Assembly: GCA_900554535.1 (NCBI GenBank)
Contig: USIA01000001.1
Location: forward strand, 1,145-65,144
Reading direction: 5' to 3'
Origin: an uncultured Oscillospiraceae bacterium
Lineage (GTDB): Bacteria > Bacillota > Clostridia > Oscillospirales > Acutalibacteraceae
DNA length: 64,000 bases
In this document: piece by piece, positions 28,126 to 36,706 of the stretch
Layout of the letters: each line of letters begins with the position of its first letter
How positions within the stretch are numbered: the stretch's first letter is position 1
The notes under the pieces: generated by a model
The model's database searches: none
What the model was told of the DNA's origin: nothing
The model's input: the letters and a program-made list of their open reading frames with translations, nothing else
Program-made: the position numbers and the translations under genes

Positions 28126-29019
28126 TCAGTCTTTATCTTTTTTCTCGGTGGGATTTTCCGGCAGTTCGGCGGCATCTTCTACAATGTCGGTCACAAGCTG
28201 CTGGAAGTCAAACGCATTCTTTTCTGTGATAACGGGCTTGCCGGTTTCCGCTTCAAGAGCCTGCCGTGCAATGCCGGCCACCTTGCCGCCGCGTTTGGCA
28301 ACCTGCTTGTTTTCTTCAAAGGTCTGTGGCTTTGCAGTTTTGGAAATATCCGTGGTGGAGGCTTCGGCCAGCATGGTCAGCACAAGTTCCAAATCGGTCA
28401 TGTTGTCCCGGAGATTTTCTTTTGTCAGACCTTTCAGCCGCTTGTACTGCCCCGTGGTCATGCCGGACCATGCGCGGGAGATTTCATCGGTCAGGATGGC
28501 GTACTCCTTGCCCTTTTGCACTCCGCGCTTCTTCCATTCGTCTGTCAGTTCGTTTCGGATACGGATTGCCAAAAGCCGCTGGTGAATCCATTCTTCGGAG
28601 TAGCCTTTCTTCAAATAGGTATCAAGCGCACGGTCAATGGCCTGCTCTGGGTCGATTGTTTCCTCGATGCGTTCTTTGCCTACCATTGCCAGCCATGCCT
28701 TGAACGGTTCAGCTTTCGGAGATGGGATTGACTGGATGATGCGCAGGAGCTGTTCAGTGTTAGCGACATCCGTTTTGCGCTTTTTGCCGTCAGGAGCGGT
28801 CATTTTCAAACCATTACAATTTGTAATGGTTTCATTTCCTTCGTCTTTAAGACGCTTTTTTAGAACGCGCCAATAGTTCTGTGGGTCTGCGCTGTCAGTC
28901 AGAACAGCAATCACATCAACGATGGCAAAATACCATTCTTCCTTTTCTGCATCCCATGCAGTGCGGATTTTCTGATCTTCAAAAAGCTGGATAGAGCTGT
29001 TATCGTTCACTTCTGCCAT
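28126..29019 (-). CDS. Bro-N domain protein (antirepressor-like)
   Basis: IRTAWD..EEWYFAIVDV, LLRIIQSIPSPKAEPFK.WLA, ENLRDNMT. Confidence 0.85.
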   Translation of the reverse strand: MAEVNDNSSIQLFEDQKIRTAWDAEKEEWYFAIVDVIAVLTDSADPQNYWRVLKKRLKDEGNETITNCNGLKMTAPDGKKRKTDVANTEQLLRIIQSIPSPKAEPFKAWLAMVGKERIEETIDPEQAIDRALDTYLKKGYSEEWIHQRLLAIRIRNELTDEWKKRGVQKGKEYAILTDEISRAWSGMTTGQYKRLKGLTKENLRDNMTDLELVLTMLAEASTTDISKTAKPQTFEENKQVAKRGGKVAGIARQALEAETGKPVITEKNAFDFQQLVTDIVEDAAELPENPTEKKDKD

Positions 29020-29130
29020 AGAGGGTTCCTCGCTTTCGTTGTCTAAGTCTATTTTACATGATTTCGGGCGGAAACGCCACCCGGTCTAAGCGTTTGGGAT
29101 TCAAAAGTCCGAACAATATTTTGTGCAGAT

Positions 29131-30459
29131 TTACCGTTCCTGCATCTGCTCCTTTCCCGGTGCTGTCCGCAGAATGCCGTCCACATTCTGCTTTATGATG
29201 CCATACTCCTGCATCTGGCGTTTGGCATCATTGTACTGCCGCTGCATCTGGTCTTTCTGCTCGGCCAGTTGCTTATACTCGTTTTTCAGGGCGTAGAGGT
29301 CGGGCAGCTTTTGAAAGCCCTGCTCTTTTAGAGCTTTCGCCGCTGCTTCATAGAGAATCAAGGTTCCTTCATGCTTACGTCGGAACTGCTTTTTGTCAGC
29401 AGCCCGCTGATACTCCTGCAACAGTGGGTGCAGTTCCTTACAGGTGGTTACATCCTTTATCAGCACGGCCATTTCTGCAAGCCGGCGCTCTGCTGCTTTC
29501 AATGCGGCGGCAGCTTCGGTGCTGGCGGCGGTGATCTCGGCCACCCGGCTTTCCAAATCCGGGTAACTATCAATTTCATGCTCCGTCAGAAAGTTCAGCG
29601 TCCGGGCAGCCTGTTTCAGATTGTGGAGTTTTGCCCACTTCTCATACCCTGCGGACTGCTGGGCCTTGATGCTGTTCTCCAAATCAATCCGCAGCGAAAT
29701 TTTATGGTTTTCTTTGGGCTTCCGTTCCACGGACCGTCCTTTAATGCGCTCGGTAATAGCTTCCTCGGTATAGGCTTCTCCCAGTGTTTTGCAGCGGGTG
29801 AACCGTTCCTGTCCGGGCGCACGGAACGAAACATACTTGCCACGCTTGACCTCGTAGCCCTGCTCCTGCAGGAGCCGCAGAAAATCGTCAAAATCCTTGG
29901 CCTGCGGGATGGCTGCATCTATGGCGGCTTTCAGCTTCGCCTTCCAACTCGTGCCCTTGCGGTGCGCGTCCCACTCGGCATAGCTCTTGCCCCTGTCTTG
30001 GCCGGGCATTACCACGGACAGGCCATGTTCCTTACACAGCCGGTCACTGGTGCGCCGGATGTAGGCATAGCTCTGCCGGTTAGAAACATATTTGCGCTGA
30101 TTCACCATGTCCACAGCGCAAAAGATGATGTGGTTGTGGACGTGCCCTTTGTCAATGTGCGTTGTCAGCACATACGGGTATTTGCCTTGCAGGACTTCAT
30201 CTGCAAGCTGCTGGCCAATCTCGTGGGCCTGCTCCGGCGTGGTTTCGCCCGGCGCAAAAGACTGTATCAGGTGGTGGGCCAGATTGTTGCCTTTCTGCAT
30301 GGCTTGTGATAGCAGCAGTTCAAATTCGATGTCGGCGGTTTCGTAGGAGCAGGCAAAGGAGGATACCAGCATTTTTTCATCCGTCTTTGCCGGATTCTCG
30401 ATGTAGTCCAGTGCCTTTTTCAGCGTTGACTTGATAGGATGTATCTTTGTAATTGCCAT
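29131..30459 (-). CDS. MOBP-type relaxase
   Basis: MAITKIHPIK..L...LDYI (motif I Tyr), HLIQSF.PGE, THIDKGHVHNHIIF; true start ATG 30459. Confidence 0.93.
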   Translation of the reverse strand: MAITKIHPIKSTLKKALDYIENPAKTDEKMLVSSFACSYETADIEFELLLSQAMQKGNNLAHHLIQSFAPGETTPEQAHEIGQQLADEVLQGKYPYVLTTHIDKGHVHNHIIFCAVDMVNQRKYVSNRQSYAYIRRTSDRLCKEHGLSVVMPGQDRGKSYAEWDAHRKGTSWKAKLKAAIDAAIPQAKDFDDFLRLLQEQGYEVKRGKYVSFRAPGQERFTRCKTLGEAYTEEAITERIKGRSVERKPKENHKISLRIDLENSIKAQQSAGYEKWAKLHNLKQAARTLNFLTEHEIDSYPDLESRVAEITAASTEAAAALKAAERRLAEMAVLIKDVTTCKELHPLLQEYQRAADKKQFRRKHEGTLILYEAAAKALKEQGFQKLPDLYALKNEYKQLAEQKDQMQRQYNDAKRQMQEYGIIKQNVDGILRTAPGKEQMQER

Positions 30460-30749
30460 ATCTGCGCCAATGCTCCCTTGATATCCGCAACGTCTTGTGT
30501 GTACAGCGGCCCCATGCTGTTCAGCCGCCGCGCGATCTGATTGACGTTGACACCAATCTTTTGCAGTTCGGCGGTTTGCGCCCGGATGTCGGTGGTGTCG
30601 ATGTGGACAACATAACCATCTATCGCCATCTTTCGCAGATAGGCGGCCATATTCCGGGTTGGTATCAATTTCATTTTTTCTCGAATCAACCTCCGTTCTT
30701 CTTCCGTCACATAAAATTTGACCTGCACGGTTCGTTTTCTGCCTTCCAT
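30420..30749 (-). CDS. mobC: MobC relaxosome accessory protein
   Basis: RHH-like N-terminus, YLRKMAIDG, IGVNVNQIARRLN; ATG 30749 after AAGGAG. Confidence 0.9.
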   Translation of the reverse strand: MEGRKRTVQVKFYVTEEERRLIREKMKLIPTRNMAAYLRKMAIDGYVVHIDTTDIRAQTAELQKIGVNVNQIARRLNSMGPLYTQDVADIKGALAQIWQLQRYILSSQR

Positions 30750-30779
30750 TCGTTTTACTCTCCTTTCCGTTTTGAGGGT

Positions 30780-30850
30780 TTGGGACACTTCCCAACAAGC
30801 TGTTTTGCAGAGCAAAATACGGAAGTGGGTACACACTTCCTATGCTTGCT
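30780..30850. other. Putative oriT
   Basis: Three inverted repeats (TTGGGA/TCCCAA, TTTTGC/GCAAAA, GGAAGTG/CACTTCC) then TATGCTTGC resembling MOBP nic sites; directly upstream of mobC. Confidence 0.65.
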
Positions 30851-30993
30851 ACCGTAACTCTTTCCTCGTATTCTCCCTCTACTAATACTACAATCCTTAA
30901 CAAGAGAAATGGCTTAGGCAGAATAAAATAAAAACACAAATTTCATAAAAATAAAGAAATTCACTCAAGCAAAATTCAAATAAAAAGAAGGCG

Positions 30994-31111
30994 TCTGGTT
31001 GGAACAAAAAAGGCCGATTGGAGCGGAAAAGACTTTTCAAGTCTGCTATAATAATTACTGAAAACGCCGAAGGGCGCTTTCAAAAAGTCTACGAGTTAGC
31101 ACGTCCTAACT
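30994..31111 (+). promoter_or_regulatory. Cargo promoter 1: putative AraC site, extended -10, putative DtxR-family box
   Basis: TCTGGTTGGAACAAAAAAGGCCGATTGGAGCGG; TGcTATAAT 31044-31052; AGTTAG-N6-CTAACT 31094-31111. Confidence 0.65.
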
Positions 31112-31128
31112 AAAAGGAGGAATTTTCA

Positions 31129-31734
31129 ATGTCTGAAGTGAGTACGGACAAAAAACTGAAAGGAAAAGACCTTATTACCATCGGTATCTTTTCCGCAATC
31201 TACTTTGTCATCAACTTTGCCTTTATGCTTCTGGGAGGTATTCACCCTGTTCTTTGGATGCTGATGCCTGGCTTTATCGCTGTGTTTGCAGGCATTCCCT
31301 TTATGCTGATGGTCGCAAAGGTTCAAAAACCGGGTGCAGTTTTCCTGATGGGGCTTATCACGGCTCTTATCTATTTTGCCACAGGACAATTTACCCTGGT
31401 GATCCTGATCTCGATGGCTTCTACTTGCATTTTGGCTGAAGTTGTCCGAATGGTGACTAAGTATAACAGCTTCAAGGGAAATTCGATTGCCTATGTGATT
31501 TTTTCTCTGGGGATGGTTGGTTCTCCCCTTCCCATCTGGTTGTTTAAGGCCGATTTCTTGGCACAGATTACAGAACAGGGAATGCCCGCTGATTATGTTG
31601 CGGCAGTTGAAGCTCTGTCATCCAATGCAATGCTAATCGTTCTGTTTGTTGCTCCAATCATCGGTGGTATCATCGGCGCATTTATTGCCAGAGGTCTGTT
31701 CAAAAAGCACTTTGTAAAGGCAGGAATTGTGTGA
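31129..31734 (+). CDS. MptD-family ECF transporter S component
   Basis: KDLITIGIFSAIYF, KVQKPGA, C-terminal KKHFVKAGIV. Confidence 0.88.
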   Translation: MSEVSTDKKLKGKDLITIGIFSAIYFVINFAFMLLGGIHPVLWMLMPGFIAVFAGIPFMLMVAKVQKPGAVFLMGLITALIYFATGQFTLVILISMASTCILAEVVRMVTKYNSFKGNSIAYVIFSLGMVGSPLPIWLFKADFLAQITEQGMPADYVAAVEALSSNAMLIVLFVAPIIGGIIGAFIARGLFKKHFVKAGIV

Positions 31735-32417
31735 TGAATGGGGAGGGCAAAAAACATACATTAAGGTTCGATCCACGGACGGAATTGCTTTTGTTGGTGC
31801 TGGCAAATATTGTGGCCTTTACCCAGCACTCCGTATGGGTTGAAATTACATGGGTTATTTTTCTGCTCCTGCTGATCGTTGCCTGCGGATGCCAAAAATC
31901 CGCAGGCAAACTGGCAATCGCATTTGGAATTTGTCTGGCGCTACAATACTATGTATTTCCAAACGGACCGAAAATTTTAGCCAGCAGCTTCACAATCATT
32001 GTATCTTATGCAAGAAAGATTTTCCCTTGTTTGATTGTCGGTACAATGGTATTACAGAAAACGCCCGTCCGGGAATTGATGGTTGCACTTCGGAAATGGC
32101 ATATCCCGCAGGGATTGATTATTCCTTTGTCTGTAACTGTCCGATATTTTCCGGCTTTAAAAGAAGAAACCGGCTATATCCGGGATGCCATGAAGCTCCG
32201 TAATATTCATGGAGTACAAAAAATTGAATGCTTACTGGTGCCTACAATGATCTCTGCCACAACAACAGCGGAAGAATTATCCGCCGCCGCTGTTACGCGG
32301 GGGATTGAAAACCCTGCACCAAAGACAAGCATGATTGAAATGAAGCTCGGTGTGCAGGACTTTTTGTGTCTGGCAGCAGGTTTGATTTTTTGTGTGATTT
32401 CAATTACGGTAGGTTAA
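31734..32417 (+). CDS. ECF transporter transmembrane component T
   Basis: DPRT, RYFP, AMKLR, AAVTRG motifs. Confidence 0.88.
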   Translation: MNGEGKKHTLRFDPRTELLLLVLANIVAFTQHSVWVEITWVIFLLLLIVACGCQKSAGKLAIAFGICLALQYYVFPNGPKILASSFTIIVSYARKIFPCLIVGTMVLQKTPVRELMVALRKWHIPQGLIIPLSVTVRYFPALKEETGYIRDAMKLRNIHGVQKIECLLVPTMISATTTAEELSAAAVTRGIENPAPKTSMIEMKLGVQDFLCLAAGLIFCVISITVG

Positions 32418-32430
32418 GGAGGTGTTCCAT

Positions 32431-33834
32431 GTGATCCAAATTCAGGATGTATCGTTTGAATATGAGAAAGAGCAGGGAACGCTTTCCCATATTGACCTAA
32501 ATATCCAACAGGGAGAATGTGTTGTCCTTATAGGGGAGTCGGGCTGTGGCAAAACAACAGTGACAAAACTAATCAACGGCTTAATCCCTCATTTTGTCGA
32601 GGGCGGCACTTTATCTGGCACAACGATTGTGAACGGTATGGAAGTGCCGAAAACAGAAATGTACCGTCTGGCAGAGCAGGTTGGATCTGTGTTCCAAAAT
32701 CCGAAATCTCAGTTTTTCAATATTGACTCGGACAGCGAGATCACTTTCGGTCTGGAAAATGCGGGTGTCGAACCAAAGAAAATCAAAGAGCGCTATGAGG
32801 CCACTGTTTCCGCCCTGAAAATTCAATCGCTTTTGGGAAGAAATATTTTTTCCATGTCTGGCGGAGAAAAACAAAGTCTTGCGTTTGCCTCTGTATATGC
32901 CATGAACCCGTCCATTTTTGTATTGGACGAGCCGACGGCAAATCTGGATGCTGACGCGATTGACACCTTACGCCAGCAGATTATCCAGATCAAAAAAGAA
33001 GGACGGACGGTTGTTATTGCCGAACACCGCCTATATTTCCTGATGGATCTGATTGACCGGGCAATCTTCATTCAAAAGGGGAAAATCGTTCAGATATTTT
33101 CCGGGAATGAGTTTCGCAATCTTTCGGATGAGCAGCGTATCAGGATGGGGCTTAGAAGTCTTGTCCATCCTGTGCTGGAGCTGCCTCCTGCCGATCCGTC
33201 AGGAGCGCAGGAAGGCTTATCCGTAGAAAACCTTTCCTGTGCCTTTGATAAGCAGCCGGTATTCAGCGGTCTTGGCTTTTCTGCAAAACGAGGCGAAGTG
33301 TTGGGAATTGTCGGTCATAACGGCGCAGGAAAAACGACGATGACACGCTGCCTGTGCGGGCTTTTGAAAGAAGTGAATGGAACCGTCCGGCTGGACGGGC
33401 AAACACTGAAAGCAAAACAGCGTAATAAGGCCAGTTTTTGTGTGATGCAGGATGTGAACCATCAGCTTTTTTCAGACAGCGTATGGAACGAATGTGAACT
33501 GGCGCAGCCGGATTGTCCGCCGGAGCGGATTGAAGAAATTCTCAGGTCTTTTGATTTGCTGGATTTCAAAGACCGCCATCCGATGGCCCTGTCAGGAGGT
33601 CAGAAACAGCGCCTTGCGGTGGCAACCGCTATTCTCTCCAACAAGGATGTACTTGTCTTTGATGAGCCGACCAGTGGCCTGGACTATCACCGTATGCTGG
33701 AAGTGAGCAATATGATCCGCAAGTTGAATGATGAGAATAAAATTATCATCATTGTTTCCCATGATTTTGAGTTTTTGGGCCGGACTTGTGATAAAATATT
33801 TGATATGGAGGGATGCTCCAAAGAAAGGAGGTAG
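32431..33834 (+). CDS. ECF double-ATPase (fused A/A')
   Basis: Two NBDs: GESGCGKT/SGGE/DEP and GHNGAGKT/LSGGQ/DEP. Confidence 0.92.
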   Translation: MIQIQDVSFEYEKEQGTLSHIDLNIQQGECVVLIGESGCGKTTVTKLINGLIPHFVEGGTLSGTTIVNGMEVPKTEMYRLAEQVGSVFQNPKSQFFNIDSDSEITFGLENAGVEPKKIKERYEATVSALKIQSLLGRNIFSMSGGEKQSLAFASVYAMNPSIFVLDEPTANLDADAIDTLRQQIIQIKKEGRTVVIAEHRLYFLMDLIDRAIFIQKGKIVQIFSGNEFRNLSDEQRIRMGLRSLVHPVLELPPADPSGAQEGLSVENLSCAFDKQPVFSGLGFSAKRGEVLGIVGHNGAGKTTMTRCLCGLLKEVNGTVRLDGQTLKAKQRNKASFCVMQDVNHQLFSDSVWNECELAQPDCPPERIEEILRSFDLLDFKDRHPMALSGGQKQRLAVATAILSNKDVLVFDEPTSGLDYHRMLEVSNMIRKLNDENKIIIIVSHDFEFLGRTCDKIFDMEGCSKERR

Positions 33835-33839
33835 CGTCT

Positions 33840-34799
33840 ATGCCGGAACTGCTCCAAGAAATGTATTACGGTCCCAATGTTCAAAACTTGATCGAGTCAG
33901 ATGATTGCAAGGTAATGCGTTTAAGCGATAACTCCGGTGAAGGCATGATGACGCTCTATCATGTCTTTCCCGGTGTGTTTCTTATGTATAATGATTTCCA
34001 CATGAAGGAGTGCGTTTCGGGTTTCCAGACAGATATGGACCTGCTTTGCATCGACCACTGCCGGGAAGGGCGCATTGAGCAGGAAGTCGGCCAGAATGCC
34101 TTTAGCTATTTAGAGGCTGGCGATCTTCGGGTGGATCGCCGCATCCATCATTCGGGCAAGGTGGAGTTTCCCCTTTGCCACTACCACGGTATTTCCATTG
34201 GCTTTCAGGTGGAAACCGCGGCAAAAGAAATTCCAGCCTATATGAAGGGCTTTTCTGTTGACCTTTACGAATTACAAAATAAATATTGCAGTGACCGTAC
34301 ACCTTATGTCATTCCAGGAGAACCGGCCATTGAGCATATTTTTTCCGAACTTTACAATGTGCCGGTCAAAATCAAAAAGGACTATTTCAAGATCAAAGTG
34401 CTGGAACTGCTTCTATATCTGGATGCGTTAGAGCTGTCGGGACATACAGAGGAACGTCCATATTTCTACAAGGGTCAGGTCGAAAAAATTAAGGCAATTC
34501 AATCACTTTTAACACAAGATTTGACAAAGAACTACACGCTGGAAGAACTCTCCGCAAAGTTTGATATTGCATTGACACCGATGAAAAATTGCTTTAAGTC
34601 TGTTTATGGCAGTCCGATTTTTACATACATGAGGAACTACCGAATGAACTATGCAGCGGCTTTGCTGAAATCAGATAAGTCGTTGAAGGTGGCTGATGTT
34701 GCTGGTCTTGTAGGATATGACAGTCCCAGCAAATTTACCGCTGCTTTTCATCAGACGATGGGAAAAACGCCATTGGAATATCGGAAATCAATTATCTGA
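33840..34799 (+). CDS. AraC family regulator (YbtA/PchR-like)
   Basis: C-terminal double HTH (FKSVYG.P...VGYDSPSKFTAAF); N-terminal IDHCREGRIE; ATG 33840 after AAGGAGG. Confidence 0.88.
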   Translation: MPELLQEMYYGPNVQNLIESDDCKVMRLSDNSGEGMMTLYHVFPGVFLMYNDFHMKECVSGFQTDMDLLCIDHCREGRIEQEVGQNAFSYLEAGDLRVDRRIHHSGKVEFPLCHYHGISIGFQVETAAKEIPAYMKGFSVDLYELQNKYCSDRTPYVIPGEPAIEHIFSELYNVPVKIKKDYFKIKVLELLLYLDALELSGHTEERPYFYKGQVEKIKAIQSLLTQDLTKNYTLEELSAKFDIALTPMKNCFKSVYGSPIFTYMRNYRMNYAAALLKSDKSLKVADVAGLVGYDSPSKFTAAFHQTMGKTPLEYRKSII

Positions 34800-34881
34800 T
34801 TGGCACAGAAAAGGCCGCGTGGAGCGGAAGAAAAAACTGAATCATGATAAATTAAGGATGGTTAGTAGGACTTAGCCATCC
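34795..34881 (+). promoter_or_regulatory. Cargo promoter 2: same architecture as promoter 1
   Basis: TCTGATTGGCACAGAAAAGGCCGCGTGGAGCGG; TGaTAAATT at the same spacing; GGATGGTTAG-N6-TTAGCCATCC. Confidence 0.65.
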
Positions 34882-34924
34882 TTTTTTCTTTACTGACCGA
34901 ATAGAACGAAAGAGGTGAATTACT

Positions 34925-36706
34925 ATGAAACAACAAAAAAAGAGTTGGGTCAAAACTCTACTTTCCTTTGCAGAACCCTGCAAGGGAAAGATGATCCTCT
35001 CGGTTTTATGCGCTATTTTTAGTGTCGCTGGTGGATTTATTCCGTTTTGGGCAGTTTATAAAATTCTGCTTCTGTTTATCAACCGTACTGCCACAGGAAA
35101 CGATATTCTGTTATGGTGCTTGGTTGGCGTAGGCGGGTACCTGATCCGTGTGCTTTGTTTTGGTATCTCCACAATTTTGGCGCACATATCCGCGTATACG
35201 ATACTGGAAGGTATTCGTCTAAAAATTGCAAATCGTCTAATGAAAGCCCCGCTTGGCGAGGTAATGAGACGGAGAATCGGTTATCTGAAAAACATCATCA
35301 TGGATAAGGTGGAGGACTTAGAGCCGCCTTTGGCGCATGTAATTCCAGAACTGACTTCTAATCTGCTCCTGCCGCTGGCTATTTTCGTCTGGATGCTAGC
35401 AATAGACTGGCGTATGGGACTTTCGATTTTGATTGCTCCTGCGTTGGCTATGATTCCGATGTTCTTCCTTATGAAAAATTATAACAGCCAGTATGCAGCC
35501 TACATGGAGGCAAATAACCATGTCAACAACATTATTATCGAGTATGTAGAGGGCATTGAGGTTGTTAAGGCGTTCAACCAAAGTACCAGTTCCTACGAAA
35601 AGTTTGTAGGCGCTGTGAAGTCCTTTAAGGATTTTACTCTCAACTGGTTCAAAAGCACATGGAAAACCATGAATTTAATGATGGCGATTATGCCGACTAC
35701 CTTGCTTGGGGTACTCCCTGTTGGTTTGCTGCTGGTGCGTGGTGGAAGTATTACTCCCGCTGAACTTGCAATGGGAATTATCCTCTCACTTAGTATTGTG
35801 GGGCCACTGATGAAAGCTACGACCTTTATCAACGAAGCAAAATCTATGGAGTATGCGGTTGAAGCAGCAAATAAGCTTTTGAATCTTCCAAATTTGCCGG
35901 ATTCCGGGGAATTTGTTCCAATCAATCATACCGATATTGTCTTGCAGGATGTGTCCTTTTCTTATGACGGTACAACACAAAATGAAGTGTTGCATGGTAT
36001 CAGCTTAAATATGCCACAGGGGAGTTTCACTGCACTGGTCGGACCGTCTGGAGGAGGAAAATCAACGGTGGCTCGCCTGATTGCACGGTTTTGGGATGTA
36101 ACTGGTGGCAGCATCTCCATTGGCGGCAAAAATATAAAAGAGCTTTCAATTCACCAGCTTTCTGAATTGGTCAGCTTCGTGACACAGGACAATTTCCTGT
36201 TCAACTGCTCGCTCAAAGAGAACATCCGCCTGGGTAATCCAAATGCTACGGATGAGGAAGTATATGCCGCCGCAAAAGCGGCTTGCTGCGATGATTTCAT
36301 TGCTCGGCTGGAAAAAGGATATGATACCCCTGCCGGTGATGCCGGCAAGCGGCTATCTGGCGGAGAAAAGCAACGAATTGCTATTGCGAGAGCAATCTTG
36401 AAAAATGCGCCTATTGTGATTTTGGATGAGGCAACTGCCTTCACTGACCCGCAGAATGAAGATAAAATCCAGAAATCCATCATGGCCCTTTCCAAAGGAA
36501 AGACCCTGCTGGTGATTGCACATCGTCTGTCTACCATTCAAAACGCAGATCAGATTGTTGTTCTGAAAAAAGGGCAGATTGTTGACTGCGGAAAGCAGGG
36601 GGAACTCTTGGAACGCTGCCCGCTTTATGCAGATATGTGGCAGGCGCATATTGGCGCAAAGAACTGGTCTGTGGGCGAGAAAAAGGAGGTGGCTGGTAAT
36701 GTTTAA
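34925..36706 (+). CDS. ABC transporter TMD+NBD, IrtA/YbtP-like
   Basis: AHISAY..L..IR, LAHVIPE, EYVEGIEVVKAF, GPSGGGKS, DEATAF.DP. Confidence 0.88.
   Translation: MKQQKKSWVKTLLSFAEPCKGKMILSVLCAIFSVAGGFIPFWAVYKILLLFINRTATGNDILLWCLVGVGGYLIRVLCFGISTILAHISAYTILEGIRLKIANRLMKAPLGEVMRRRIGYLKNIIMDKVEDLEPPLAHVIPELTSNLLLPLAIFVWMLAIDWRMGLSILIAPALAMIPMFFLMKNYNSQYAAYMEANNHVNNIIIEYVEGIEVVKAFNQSTSSYEKFVGAVKSFKDFTLNWFKSTWKTMNLMMAIMPTTLLGVLPVGLLLVRGGSITPAELAMGIILSLSIVGPLMKATTFINEAKSMEYAVEAANKLLNLPNLPDSGEFVPINHTDIVLQDVSFSYDGTTQNEVLHGISLNMPQGSFTALVGPSGGGKSTVARLIARFWDVTGGSISIGGKNIKELSIHQLSELVSFVTQDNFLFNCSLKENIRLGNPNATDEEVYAAAKAACCDDFIARLEKGYDTPAGDAGKRLSGGEKQRIAIARAILKNAPIVILDEATAFTDPQNEDKIQKSIMALSKGKTLLVIAHRLSTIQNADQIVVLKKGQIVDCGKQGELLERCPLYADMWQAHIGAKNWSVGEKKEVAGNV

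Noticed and set aside
30460..30939. Apparent N-terminal extension of the relaxase (602-aa ORF)
   Set aside because: Overlaps mobC and oriT in another frame; relaxase motif I begins at ATG 30459.
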